A stretch of DNA of 44,153 bases, from IMG/VR virus record IMGVR_UViG_2541047916_000003, one strand, 5' to 3'. Of the stretch, positions 1 to 8,675 are shown in pieces. Positions within the stretch are counted from its first letter, which is position 1; each line of letters begins with the position of its first letter. Below the pieces are notes generated by a model. It was not told the DNA's origin. It did not search any database and saw nothing but the letters and a program-made list of their open reading frames with translations. A program made the position numbers and the translations under genes. This DNA is from a virus. Taxonomy: Duplodnaviria; Heunggongvirae; Uroviricota; Caudoviricetes.

Positions 1-1143
1 CTATGCTGTTTTGATATCTACGATAATCCAGTCTTTACCACGATCATCATTGTATCGGTCGGTCATTTTTCTGGATTTATGACCTAACAACTTTTGCGTA
101 TCCAGACCCTGTTCCCGATATAACCGTTCTGACAGAGATCGCTGCTCATGAAATGTGGGCGCAGTTCCTGGCTCCCATTTTATGCCACATTTTTCCCTGG
201 CCTTTTTAAAAGCCGTTGTAAGAGTATTTGCAGACACCTGGTCTCCTCTGTTTGCTTGAGAGGTAGTGTGACGGTAATGGACCAGATATTTACTAACAAC
301 AGCATCCCTGCACTGAGATATAACTTCACGAAGGGTAATATTCAGAGCATCGCATTTCAGGTTAAGCGGAATAGCAAGTTTTGAACCGGTTTTTTCCTGA
401 GTAATGTGCAACATGTCGTCCCAGATATCAGAGAATTTCAAATTGCAGATATCGCCTAAACGTTGTCCAGTGACAAGAGCAAGTAGCATCCCGCATTTTA
501 AATAGGGCTGCCGTCTGCTTACGCTGTCAAATATTGCCTGCCATTCGGGCAGTGATAATCTTTGGCGGTTTACTCGATTTCGCGGTTGTTTTGTTGCCTG
601 CGCTGGGTTAAATCCTGGCGGAACATGTCCTGCGTGTTGTGCTTCTTTGAAGACGTCGATCAACACCATTCTCACGACTTGCGCCATCCTGTTATGACCT
701 TCAGCCTTTACAGCATCAATTATTTCGGCAATATCAAGTGCGGTAATATCCTTGAGGTGTTGCATTCCACAATGCTCACGGAAAAGACGAATGGGTTTGC
801 CTTTTTGCCGATAGGAGTTGGGTCTTAGTTCATTATGTTGCAGCCTGTCCTCCTGGATAGAAATATATTTATCAAGCCATTCTGTCACCGTAATGTCTGA
901 GCGCCTGCCTTTCATTCTTTCTAGACGCTCATTGACGCTTAATATTTGTCGGGTACGTTGTTCAGCAATAATGGTATTTGCTTCAGTAGCAACTTGTTTT
1001 GCTTCATTCTCATCAGTTCCTAAGCTATGAAAACGACCGGATAGTGGATGTTTGTATTGCCAATATACCTTTCCGGTTCGCTTATCTAATTTGCAATATA
1101 AATTGGGTATAGAGATTTTGTGAGATCGGGGTCTAGCAGCCAT
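1..1143 (-). CDS. int: phage integrase, tyrosine recombinase (lambda Int family)
   Basis: 380-aa ORF; C-terminal ..TFHEQRSLSERLY..LLGHKS..RY.. resembles the lambda Int catalytic region and the N-terminus resembles its arm-binding region; overlaps xis by 11 nt as in lambda; at prophage left end. Confidence 0.9.
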   Translation of the reverse strand: MAARPRSHKISIPNLYCKLDKRTGKVYWQYKHPLSGRFHSLGTDENEAKQVATEANTIIAEQRTRQILSVNERLERMKGRRSDITVTEWLDKYISIQEDRLQHNELRPNSYRQKGKPIRLFREHCGMQHLKDITALDIAEIIDAVKAEGHNRMAQVVRMVLIDVFKEAQHAGHVPPGFNPAQATKQPRNRVNRQRLSLPEWQAIFDSVSRRQPYLKCGMLLALVTGQRLGDICNLKFSDIWDDMLHITQEKTGSKLAIPLNLKCDALNITLREVISQCRDAVVSKYLVHYRHTTSQANRGDQVSANTLTTAFKKAREKCGIKWEPGTAPTFHEQRSLSERLYREQGLDTQKLLGHKSRKMTDRYNDDRGKDWIIVDIKTA

Positions 1144-1369
1144 CAGCGATTATCCGTTGGAGTTTTGGGTTTGCGTTTATTGGGAGTTGCGGTTCTGCAA
1201 GCGTTCCTACAAAACGGGAATTTCGGTCAATCATCCAGTAGCGACCAACTTTTATAGCGGGTGGGGCCATCATTTTCCCTTGCGCGTATTTTTTCAGAAC
1301 TCGCTCACTTGGTGCTAAGTCCCCAAATTCTTCTTTAGCCCAGTCCTGTAAAGTGATTAGTCGAGACAT
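1133..1369 (-). CDS. xis: excisionase
   Basis: 78-aa ORF immediately upstream of and overlapping int; LTLQDW and PPAIKVGRYW motifs resemble lambda-type Xis. Confidence 0.75.
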   Translation of the reverse strand: MSRLITLQDWAKEEFGDLAPSERVLKKYAQGKMMAPPAIKVGRYWMIDRNSRFVGTLAEPQLPINANPKLQRIIADGC

Positions 1370-1508
1370 TTGTCCTCCTCTTAGCTGCTGAGGGAGTTTG
1401 TGACCGATATATCTGACATGATATTAAGCTCATGGCAGGTACATCTCTTGACTGGTCATAGAGATAAATTTAATGCTGAGAAATGCAGTATTGAATTTAT
1501 CAATTTTT

Positions 1509-1748
1509 CTATTTCCTGCGTATGGCACGTAACTTCTTAATGTGTTCTGCTGTTTCGATCTCTTCAGCTATCCGATCTGCGTCAGCTTTATTCACAGGTT
1601 CAAAGTCATGATTAAAGCGGAACATGCTGGCGATACATGTTCTGCCTTTTCGGATGTAGTGAACTTTGTTGTGAGTGGAACGCAGGATTTTGCAGGGAGT
1701 GCCGTGGTGGTCGACGTACCAGGTGTTAGGGTAAATCACTCTGAACAT
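1509..1748 (-). CDS. hypothetical protein (79 aa)
   Basis: ORF in the early-left accessory region; no family recognised. Confidence 0.45.
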   Translation of the reverse strand: MFRVIYPNTWYVDHHGTPCKILRSTHNKVHYIRKGRTCIASMFRFNHDFEPVNKADADRIAEEIETAEHIKKLRAIRRK

Positions 1749-1773
1749 TCTTGACCTTGTGTTGTGCGGATTG

Positions 1774-2013
1774 TTATTCAGTGCCGATATTTACCTTTAT
1801 CGCGTATACCTTTACCGGTTTATCACCGAAGTGCGGATGTGTGATTGTCTTCACTTCATATCCGTCATACGGAACATCAACTCTGCGGCTGGAATCGTCG
1901 CGCTTCGGATATCCCTTTGTGATAATCAGGCGGTCATGCTTACGGTTAACGAGGCGCTTTTTCCAGTAGTCATTACACAGGCGATACTCTTCCGTTTTCT
2001 CTCCGCGAATCAT
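1774..2013 (-). CDS. hypothetical protein (80 aa from internal ATG; track ORF extends to 2142)
   Basis: ATG at 2013 avoids a 92-nt overlap with the upstream gene that stops at 2051; the 2142 start would overlap. Confidence 0.4.
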   Translation of the reverse strand: MIRGEKTEEYRLCNDYWKKRLVNRKHDRLIITKGYPKRDDSSRRVDVPYDGYEVKTITHPHFGDKPVKVYAIKVNIGTE

Positions 2014-2050
2014 GGCATCGAAGTATTCACCTTTAACGGCAAGTTGCAGG

Positions 2051-2791
2051 TTAGCCACGGTTAACTCCTTGCTGTGTGGCGTCGAGTAATAAATCCCACA
2101 ACCGCTGAGAGCAATTTCCGCATGTACAGCGTTGACCCACAACGTTTATCGCGTTGCTGATTTCCGGCGTTACCTGTTTAGGAACCATAACCCAACCATC
2201 CGGAGTTACCGGAAGCGAGAACGGCAGCACATCTCTGTGAACAAGTTTTTGCTGTGACAGGTTATCCAGAACTTTCTGTACTGCTGCATCACCGAATACA
2301 CCAAGCGCATCTGCCATAACTCCTACAACCTGATAAGCCTCAGCGCATACCGTGGATAAACCATCCGGAATTACCGGAGAGTTGCCGGGTTCTTTAATGT
2401 GCAAGCGAGGCTCACCATCTTTTGGCTCAGGCCACTGGCGCTCCATGTTGATCTTCAATTTATCTTCCATAGCAACGGTAATTTCAGCATCGCTGATGCC
2501 AGCACGGCGCTGTGCATCCCACAACAGAAACTGCATATCAGCCCACTCGCTAAGATCGTCTGGTTCGGCTGCGGCTTCCAGTGCCTCTTTTGAGAGGTGT
2601 TTCAGTGGACCAATGGGGCCAACGCAGCCAAATGTGGAGTCAGACCATTTGGCATGCTCGTGGCGAATCTGTTCGCGTTCCAGTGATGCCAGTGCAATTC
2701 GTGCTAGTTCCATTTGTTCGCCACGAGTAAGCCCGTTTTCAAGCGGATTTTTAATGAACAATTCAATACGTTCTTTGGTAATAGTGGTCAT
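2051..2791 (-). CDS. early-region protein with MazG-like helical N-domain and P-V-I-P-D-G C-region (DUF550/DUF551-like)
   Basis: 246-aa ORF; N-terminal helical segment resembles nucleotide pyrophosphohydrolase-type domains; NSPVIPDG motif shared with neighbouring genes; ATGA coupling to downstream gene. Confidence 0.5.
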   Translation of the reverse strand: MTTITKERIELFIKNPLENGLTRGEQMELARIALASLEREQIRHEHAKWSDSTFGCVGPIGPLKHLSKEALEAAAEPDDLSEWADMQFLLWDAQRRAGISDAEITVAMEDKLKINMERQWPEPKDGEPRLHIKEPGNSPVIPDGLSTVCAEAYQVVGVMADALGVFGDAAVQKVLDNLSQQKLVHRDVLPFSLPVTPDGWVMVPKQVTPEISNAINVVGQRCTCGNCSQRLWDLLLDATQQGVNRG

Positions 2792-2997
2792 GTGTTAATC
2801 CTCAAAACTTTATGCCCGGGCGCAAAAGTACGTGTTTTGTCTTTGCTTATTCGCCACCCGTCTTTACGGGCCTCTTTTGCACAACCAGACCATGACGTAC
2901 CGATATACTCACCGAAGTCTGGCACTGGATATACACCTTCCGTACACTGGCGACAATCACAATAGAGATGCATGGTGTAACTTGCGGCAATAGCCAT
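2788..2997 (-). CDS. small Cys-rich hypothetical protein (69 aa)
   Basis: ATG at 2997 sits 1 nt after the upstream stop; C-x-C-x2-C cluster; track ORF start at 3039 would overlap the upstream gene. Confidence 0.45.
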   Translation of the reverse strand: MAIAASYTMHLYCDCRQCTEGVYPVPDFGEYIGTSWSGCAKEARKDGWRISKDKTRTFAPGHKVLRINT

Positions 2998-2998
2998 A

Positions 2999-3532
2999 TC
3001 ACTCTCTTTTTCCCTGAAGCATGGCAGCGTGGCAGGCATCCTCTACGCCCTTAACTGCATCTGCGCAGTAGTTATAGCGATTGCATTCCACTAACTTCTG
3101 CCTGAGATTTTCAATTGCTTGCGCGACATCAGCCTGTATTACAGGAACTGGCGGAACGGCTGTCTGCTGCTCTCGAACGTCATTAGTCGCTATCGGTTCT
3201 GCTGCCAACTGACTGGCATATTTGTTAATGGTAACGATAAGCTCTTGCTCAGCCTCATCCAGACAATCACCGATACCTCGCCTGTCGCCGTCAAAATCAT
3301 CGAAATCAGCACGAACTCTGGCAAATTTCAGGATTGCGGACAACACCTCACCAGGAATTACCGGAGAGTTGGTTGACGTTTCCGAAATTTCCCGAAAATT
3401 ATTGGTTGACGAATTCGCGTTTTCCCGAAAGTTTCCGGCATGAAGCATAGCCGCGCGGCAGGCGTTCCAGCCTCTCACCTCTGCAATAGCGGCAACAGCA
3501 TCGACCGCGTACATGCTAAGAGGGTTAGGCAT
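2999..3532 (-). CDS. hypothetical protein with 11-aa tandem repeat and SPVIPGE motif
   Basis: Track ORF begins at a TTG at 3607 overlapping the upstream gene; first ATG is at 3532; contains FRENANSSTNN/FREISETSTNS repeat. Confidence 0.45.
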   Translation of the reverse strand: MPNPLSMYAVDAVAAIAEVRGWNACRAAMLHAGNFRENANSSTNNFREISETSTNSPVIPGEVLSAILKFARVRADFDDFDGDRRGIGDCLDEAEQELIVTINKYASQLAAEPIATNDVREQQTAVPPVPVIQADVAQAIENLRQKLVECNRYNYCADAVKGVEDACHAAMLQGKRE

Positions 3533-3549
3533 TGGTTTTTCTTCAGGTA

Positions 3550-3804
3550 CTACTGGCACTGGCTTGGCATATATAGCGGCTGAACATACCAACCCTTTGA
3601 TAACCAACTGTCAGCAATGTTTTTACTCCTCGTTATTGCCGGAATACCTAAGCCATTGTCTGAATGCAGCCATGCCACCGGATTCTCTTCCAGCGATGCC
3701 AGAGCAATTTCATAAGCCCGGCGCTCAACATTGTCTCGCACATCCAAACTGCTGATACGCTCTTTGATTTCTTTAATCAGTTCTTTGTCGGTAAAAGTGC
3801 TCAT
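3550..3804 (-). CDS. hypothetical protein (84 aa)
   Basis: ATG at 3804 overlaps the stop of the Ea22-like gene (ATGA); shares an IALASLE motif with the 2051-2791 product. Confidence 0.45.
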   Translation of the reverse strand: MSTFTDKELIKEIKERISSLDVRDNVERRAYEIALASLEENPVAWLHSDNGLGIPAITRSKNIADSWLSKGWYVQPLYMPSQCQ

Positions 3805-3805
3805 A

Positions 3806-4570
3806 TCAATCTCCATTGGTATCAATGTTTACAGCCTGACAAGACTCTTTGAGCACCCAGTCAATAGCGTCTTTCCATGCCTCTGTTTCGACTGGTGGAT
3901 TTTCACGCTTAACCTGTTCATAGAAGCGCACTGCTTTAACCAGTCCTTCCGGTACTACTGGTGATGGCTGTTTAGCTTCTAAATCAGCAATTCTGTCAAC
4001 CACGGCATCGACAGCATCTGAAAAGCCGAACCAGTTGCTCCACTCCGGCTCATCCCCGGTTGCTGCAAAGTACATATCTGCTAAAGCAGATTCAGCATGG
4101 TCACGCTCGTTAATGAGTTGCTCTTCGCTTTTCTCCAGTTCAGCAATACGCTTACCCCCATCCGAGATAACACCTTCGTAATACTCACGCTGCTCGTTGA
4201 GTTTTGATTTTGTCTCCTCAAGCTCAACTCTCAGCTTCCCAACAGTAAGAGCAATATCCTCGTTCTCCTGGTCGCGGCGTTTTATGTATTGCTGGTTTCT
4301 TTCCCGTTCATCCAGCAGTGCCAGCACAGTAGCCGGATTGGCTGCGGCGATGAATTCAGCATTGGCCTGCTGTTCCATTTGGAAATCTTCATCGAAACCG
4401 CTTTCTGGATGCGCTCCTTCAATTCTGCAAATGGGAATATATCCAGCAACTTCACGATGAATTAGCGCATAATCACCATCAAATCGGCTCTCTCCATATT
4501 CGAGCGACCACTCACCACACGTTGCTTTTTCTGCCGCTTCACGCAGTGCCTGATAGTTAATTTCGCTCAC
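3806..4570 (-). CDS. Ea22-like coiled-coil early protein
   Basis: 254-aa ORF with a central coiled-coil-like stretch; resembles Ea22-family proteins of lambdoid prophages; GTG start overlapping the upstream stop. Confidence 0.6.
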   Translation of the reverse strand: MSEINYQALREAAEKATCGEWSLEYGESRFDGDYALIHREVAGYIPICRIEGAHPESGFDEDFQMEQQANAEFIAAANPATVLALLDERERNQQYIKRRDQENEDIALTVGKLRVELEETKSKLNEQREYYEGVISDGGKRIAELEKSEEQLINERDHAESALADMYFAATGDEPEWSNWFGFSDAVDAVVDRIADLEAKQPSPVVPEGLVKAVRFYEQVKRENPPVETEAWKDAIDWVLKESCQAVNIDTNGD

Positions 4571-4788
4571 TTCGAACCTCTCTGTTTACTGATAAGCTCC
4601 AGATCCTCCTGGCAACTTGCACAAGTCCGACAACCCTGAACGACCAGGCGTCTTCGTTCATCTATGGGATCGCCACACTCACAACAATGAGTGGCGGATA
4701 TAGTCTGGTAGTTCAGACGACGCATTTTTATTGCTGTATTGCGCTGTAATTCTTCAATTTCTGATGCTGAATCAATGATGTCCGCCAT
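4567..4788 (-). CDS. TraR/DksA-family C4 zinc-finger protein
   Basis: 73-aa ORF with CxxC..(17)..CxxC spacing (CCECG...CRTCASC) typical of phage TraR/DksA-like proteins. Confidence 0.7.
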   Translation of the reverse strand: MADIIDSASEIEELQRNTAIKMRRLNYQTISATHCCECGDPIDERRRLVVQGCRTCASCQEDLELISKQRGSK

Positions 4789-4886
4789 CTTTCATTAATC
4801 CCTGAATTGTTGGTTAATACGCTTGAGGGTGAATGCGAATAATAAAAAAGGAGCCTGTAGCTCCCTGATGATTTTGCTTTTCATGT

Positions 4887-5102
4887 TCACCGTTCCTTAA
4901 AGACGCCGTTTAACATGCCGATCGCCAGGCTTAAATGAGTCGGTGTGAATCCCATCAGCGTTACCGTTTCGCGGTGCTTCTTTAGTACGCTACGGCAAAT
5001 GTCATCGACGTTTTTATCCGGAAACTGCTGTCTGGCTTTTTTGATTTCAGAATTAGCCTGACGGGCAATGCTGCGAAGGGCGTTTTCTTGCTGAGGTGTC
5101 AC
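4887..5102 (-). CDS. hypothetical protein (71 aa from GTG; track ORF extends to ATG at 5168)
   Basis: GTG at 5102 overlaps the stop of the 27-aa peptide ORF (GTGA) with GGGG 9-12 nt upstream; the ATG at 5168 has a poor ribosome-binding site. Confidence 0.4.
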   Translation of the reverse strand: MTPQQENALRSIARQANSEIKKARQQFPDKNVDDICRSVLKKHRETVTLMGFTPTHLSLAIGMLNGVFKER

Positions 5103-5182
5103 TGAACAAGCCCCATGTCGGCAAGCATAAGCACACAGAATATGAAGCCCGCTGCCAGAAAAATGCATTCAGTGGTTGTCAT
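5099..5182 (-). CDS. 27-aa hydrophobic peptide (MTTTECIFLAAGFIFCVLMLADMGLVQ)
   Basis: Hand-found ORF below the track threshold; ATG overlaps the stop of the orf63-like gene (ATGA) and its stop overlaps the next GTG start; single predicted TM helix. Confidence 0.3.
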   Translation of the reverse strand: MTTTECIFLAAGFIFCVLMLADMGLVQ

Positions 5183-5370
5183 ACCTGGTCTCTCTCATCT
5201 GCTTCTGCTTTCGCCACCATCATTTCCAGCTTTTGTGAAAGGGATGTGGCTAACGTATGAAATTCTTCGTCTGTTTCTACTGGTATTGGCACAAACCTGA
5301 CTCCAATTTGAGCAAGGCTATGTGCCATCTCAATACTCGTTCTTAACTCAACAGGAGATGCTTTGTGCAT
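5179..5370 (-). CDS. small early protein, lambda orf63-like position
   Basis: 63-aa ORF with GGGAGG ribosome-binding site upstream of ATG at 5370; same position and size as lambda orf63. Confidence 0.55.
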   Translation of the reverse strand: MHKASPVELRTSIEMAHSLAQIGVRFVPIPVETDEEFHTLATSLSQKLEMMVAKAEADERDQV

Positions 5371-5531
5371 ACCGCCTCCCGTTTATTATTTATCTTCTCA
5401 GCCAGCCGCTGTGCTTTCAGTGGATTTCTGATAACAGAAAGGCCGGGAAATACCCAGCCTCGCTTTGTAACGGAGTAGACGAAAGTGATCGCGCCTACCC
5501 GGATATTATCGTGAGGATGCGTCATCGCCAT
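5343..5531 (-). CDS. small early protein, lambda orf60a-like position
   Basis: 62-aa ORF whose ATG lies within the last codons of exo, as for lambda orf60a. Confidence 0.5.
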   Translation of the reverse strand: MAMTHPHDNIRVGAITFVYSVTKRGWVFPGLSVIRNPLKAQRLAEKINNKREAVCTKHLLLS

Positions 5532-6202
5532 TGCTCCCCAAATACAAAACTAATTTCAGCCAGTGCCTCGTCCATTTTTTCGATGAACTCCGGCACCATC
5601 TCGTCAAAACTCGCCATGTACTTTTCATCCCGCTCAACCACGACATAATGCAGTCCTTCACGCTTCATACGCGGGTCATAGTTGGCAAAGTACCAGGCAT
5701 CTTTTCGCGTCACCCACATGCTGTACTGCACCTGGGCCATGTAAGCCGATTTTATGGCCTCGAAACCACCGAGCCGGAACTTCATGAAATCCCGGGAGGT
5801 AAACGGGCATTTCAGCTCAAGGCCGTTGCCGTCACTGCATAAACCATCGGGAGAGCAGGCGGTGCGCATACTTTCGTCGCGATAGATGATCGGGGATTCA
5901 GTAACATTCACGCCGGAAGTAAACTCAAACAGGGCTCTGGCGTCGTTCTCGTACTGTTTTCCCCAAGCCAGCGCCTTAGCGTTAACTTCCGGAGCCACAC
6001 CGGTGCAAACCTCAGCAAGCAGGGTGTGGAAGTAGGACATTTTCATGTCAGGCCATTTCTTTCCGGAGCGGGGTTTTGCTATCACGTTGTGAACTTCTGA
6101 AGCGGTGATGACGCCGAGCCGTAATTTGTGCCATGCATCATCCCCCTGTTCGACAGCTCTCACGTCGATCCCGGTACGCTGCAGGATAATGTCCGGTGTC
6201 AT
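5522..6202 (-). CDS. exo: lambda exonuclease (Red alpha)
   Basis: 226-aa translation matches lambda Exo as recalled ([37 protein letters not shown]...); start overlaps bet stop. Confidence 0.95.
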   Translation of the reverse strand: MTPDIILQRTGIDVRAVEQGDDAWHKLRLGVITASEVHNVIAKPRSGKKWPDMKMSYFHTLLAEVCTGVAPEVNAKALAWGKQYENDARALFEFTSGVNVTESPIIYRDESMRTACSPDGLCSDGNGLELKCPFTSRDFMKFRLGGFEAIKSAYMAQVQYSMWVTRKDAWYFANYDPRMKREGLHYVVVERDEKYMASFDEMVPEFIEKMDEALAEISFVFGEQWR

Positions 6203-6984
6203 GCTGCCACCTTCTGCTCAGTGGCTTTCTGTTTCAGGAATCCAAGAGCTTTCACTGCTTCGGCCTGTGTCAGTTCTGACGATGCGCGAATGTCGCGGCG
6301 AAATATCTGGGAACAGAGCGGCAATAAGTCGTCATCCCATGTTTTATCCAGGGCGATCAGCAGAGTGTTAATCTCCTGCATGGTTTCATCGTTAACCGGA
6401 GTGATGTCGCGTTCCGGCTGACGTTCTGCAGTGTATGCGGTATTTTCGACAATGCGCTCGGCTTCATCCTTGTCATAGATACCAGCAAATCCGAAGGCGA
6501 GACGGGCACACTGAATCATGGCTTTATGCCGTAACATCCGTTTGGGATGCGACTGCCACGGCCCCGTGATTTCTCTGCCTTCGCGGGTTTTGAATGGTTC
6601 GCGGCGGCATTCATCCATCCACTCGGTAACGCAGATCGGATGATTGCGGTCTTTGCGGTAAATCCGGCATGTACATGATTCATTGTCCTGCTCAAAGTCC
6701 ATACCATCAAACTGCTGGTTTTCATTGATGATGCGGGACCAGCCATCAACGCCCACCACCGGAACAATGCCGTTCTGCTTATCAGGGAAGGCGTAAATTT
6801 CTTTCGTCCACGGATTAAGGCCGTACTGGTTGGCGACGATCAACAATGCGATGAACTGCGCATCGCTGGCATCACCTTTAAATGCCGTCTGGCGAAGAGT
6901 GGTGATCAGTTCCTGTGGGTCGACAGAATCCATGCCGACACGTTCAGCCAGCTTCCCTGCCAGCGTTGCGAGTGCTGTACTCAT
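6199..6984 (-). CDS. bet: Red beta single-strand annealing protein
   Basis: 261-aa translation matches lambda Bet as recalled ([48 protein letters not shown]...). Confidence 0.95.
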   Translation of the reverse strand: MSTALATLAGKLAERVGMDSVDPQELITTLRQTAFKGDASDAQFIALLIVANQYGLNPWTKEIYAFPDKQNGIVPVVGVDGWSRIINENQQFDGMDFEQDNESCTCRIYRKDRNHPICVTEWMDECRREPFKTREGREITGPWQSHPKRMLRHKAMIQCARLAFGFAGIYDKDEAERIVENTAYTAERQPERDITPVNDETMQEINTLLIALDKTWDDDLLPLCSQIFRRDIRASSELTQAEAVKALGFLKQKATEQKVAA

Positions 6985-6989
6985 CCGTT

Positions 6990-7286
6990 TTATACCTCTG
7001 AATCAATATCAGCCTGATGGTGAGCAATGGTTTCAACTATGTACCGGATGTGTTCTGCCATGCGCTCCTGAAACTCAACATCGTCATCAAACGCACGGGT
7101 AATGGCTTTTTTGCTGGCCCCGTGGCGTTGTAAATGATCGATGCATAGCGATTCAAACAGGTGCTGGGGCAGGCCTTTTTCCATGTCGTCTGCCAGTTCT
7201 GCCTCTTTCTCTTCACGGGCGATCTGCTGGTAGTGACGCGCCCAGCTCTGAGCCTCAAGACGATCCTGAATGTAATAAGCGTTCAT
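6990..7286 (-). CDS. gam: Gam host-nuclease (RecBCD) inhibitor
   Basis: 98-aa translation matches the short form of lambda Gam as recalled ([21 protein letters not shown]...). Confidence 0.9.
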   Translation of the reverse strand: MNAYYIQDRLEAQSWARHYQQIAREEKEAELADDMEKGLPQHLFESLCIDHLQRHGASKKAITRAFDDDVEFQERMAEHIRYIVETIAHHQADIDSEV

Positions 7287-7361
7287 GGCTGAACTCCTGA
7301 AAATGGCTGTGAAAATATCGCCCGCGAAATGCCAGGCTGATTAGGAAAACAGGAAAGGGGG

Positions 7362-7505
7362 TTAGTGAATGCTTTTGCTTGATCTCAGTTTCAGTATTAA
7401 TATCCATTTTTTATAAGCGTCGACGGCCTCACGAAACATCTTTTCATCGCCAATAAAAGTGGCGATAGTGAATTTAGTCTGGATAGCCATAATTGTTTGA
7501 TCCAT
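7362..7505 (-). CDS. kil: Kil host-killing protein (FtsZ inhibitor)
   Basis: 47-aa product from the internal ATG ([47 protein letters not shown]) matches lambda Kil as recalled; overlaps the cIII 3' end. Confidence 0.8.
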   Translation of the reverse strand: MDQTIMAIQTKFTIATFIGDEKMFREAVDAYKKWILILKLRSSKSIH

Positions 7506-7638
7506 TTTTTGGGACTCCTGGCTGATTAAGTATGTCGATAAGGCGTTTCCATCCGTCACGTAATTTACGGGTGATTCGTTCAAGTAAAGATTCGGAAGGG
7601 CAGCCAGCAACAGGCCACCCTGCAATGGCATATTGCAT
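7474..7638 (-). CDS. cIII: CIII (FtsH inhibitor, stabilises CII)
   Basis: Hand translation [54 protein letters not shown] matches lambda CIII; 54 aa, below the track threshold. Confidence 0.85.
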   Translation of the reverse strand: MQYAIAGWPVAGCPSESLLERITRKLRDGWKRLIDILNQPGVPKNGSNNYGYPD

Positions 7639-7710
7639 GGTGTGCTCCTTATTTATACATAACGAAAAACGCCTCGAGTGAAGCGTAATTGGTATGCGGT
7701 AACGCCGCGC

Positions 7711-8079
7711 TCAGGCGGCCTTGATAGTCATATCATCTGAATCAAATATTCCTGATGTATCGATATCGGTAATTCTTATTCCTTCACTACCATCCATTGG
7801 AGGCCATCCTTCCTGACCATTTCCATCATTCCAGTCGAACTCACACACAACACCATATGCATTTAAGTCGCTTGAAATTGCTATAAGCAGAGCATGTTGC
7901 GCCAGCATGATTAATACAGCATTTAATACAGAGCCGTGTTTATTGAGTCGGTATTCAGAGTCTGACCAGAAATTATTAATCTGGTGAAGTTTTTCCTCTG
8001 TCATTACGTCATGGTCAATTTCAATTTCTATTGATGCTTTCCAGTCGTAATCAATGATGTATTTTTTGATGTTTGACAT
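7711..8079 (-). CDS. ea10: Ea10 (Ssb-like) early protein
   Basis: 122-aa translation matches lambda Ea10 as recalled; located between cIII and ral. Confidence 0.8.
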   Translation of the reverse strand: MSNIKKYIIDYDWKASIEIEIDHDVMTEEKLHQINNFWSDSEYRLNKHGSVLNAVLIMLAQHALLIAISSDLNAYGVVCEFDWNDGNGQEGWPPMDGSEGIRITDIDTSGIFDSDDMTIKAA

Positions 8080-8098
8080 CTATTCATATCCTCATAGA

Positions 8099-8124
8099 TA
8101 AAAAATCGCCCTCACACTGGAGGG
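8099..8124 (-). terminator. hairpin plus U-tract between ral and ea10 (tL-type terminator candidate)
   Basis: Minus-strand GCCCTC-cagtgt-GAGGGC stem followed by GATTTTTTAT; coordinates approximate. Confidence 0.4.
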
Positions 8125-8261
8125 CAAAGAAGATTTCCAATAATCAGAACAAGTCGGCTCCTGTTTAGTTACGAGCGACATTGCTCCGTGTATTCACTCG
8201 TTGGAATGAATACACAGTGCAGTGTTTATTCTGTTATTTATGCCAAAAATAAAGGCCACTA

Positions 8262-8462
8262 TCAGGCAGCTTTGTTGTTCTGTTTACCAAGTTCTCTGGC
8301 AATCATTGCCGTCGTTCGTATTGCCCATTTATCGACATATTTCCCATCTTCCATTACAGGAAACATTTCTTCAGGCTTAACCATGCATTCCGATTGCAGC
8401 TTGCATCCATTGCATCGTTTGAATTGTCCACACCATTGATTTGTATCAATAGTCGTAGTCAT
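8262..8462 (-). CDS. ral: Ral restriction-alleviation protein
   Basis: 66-aa translation matches lambda Ral as recalled (MTTTIDTNQWCGQFKRCNGCKLQSECMVKPEEMFPVMEDGKYVDKW...). Confidence 0.85.
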   Translation of the reverse strand: MTTTIDTNQWCGQFKRCNGCKLQSECMVKPEEMFPVMEDGKYVDKWAIRTTAMIARELGKQNNKAA

Positions 8463-8532
8463 ACGGATAGTCCTGGTATTGTTCCATCACATCTTGAGGA
8501 TGCTCTTCGAACTCTTCAAATTCTTCTTCCAT
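8446..8532 (-). CDS. 28-aa acidic peptide, lambda orf28-like position
   Basis: Hand-found ORF MEEEFEEFEEHPQDVMEQYQDYPYDYDY whose stop overlaps the ral start. Confidence 0.45.
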   Translation of the reverse strand: MEEEFEEFEEHPQDVMEQYQDYPYDYDY

Positions 8533-8675
8533 ATATCACCTTAAATAGTGGATTGCGGTAGTAAAGATTGTGCCTGTCTTTTAACCACATCAGGCTCGGT
8601 GGTTCTCGTGTACCCCTACAACGAGAAATCGGATAAACTCTATTCACCCCTACAGAGAGCAAAAGAGAAACGCCG

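Noticed and set aside
4887-5168. 93-aa reading of the ORF from the ATG at 5168
   Set aside because: The ATG at 5168 has no convincing ribosome-binding site and would overlap the coupled 27-aa peptide ORF; a GTG start at 5102 with an upstream G-rich site is more consistent with the gene packing. Kept as a lower-confidence alternative.
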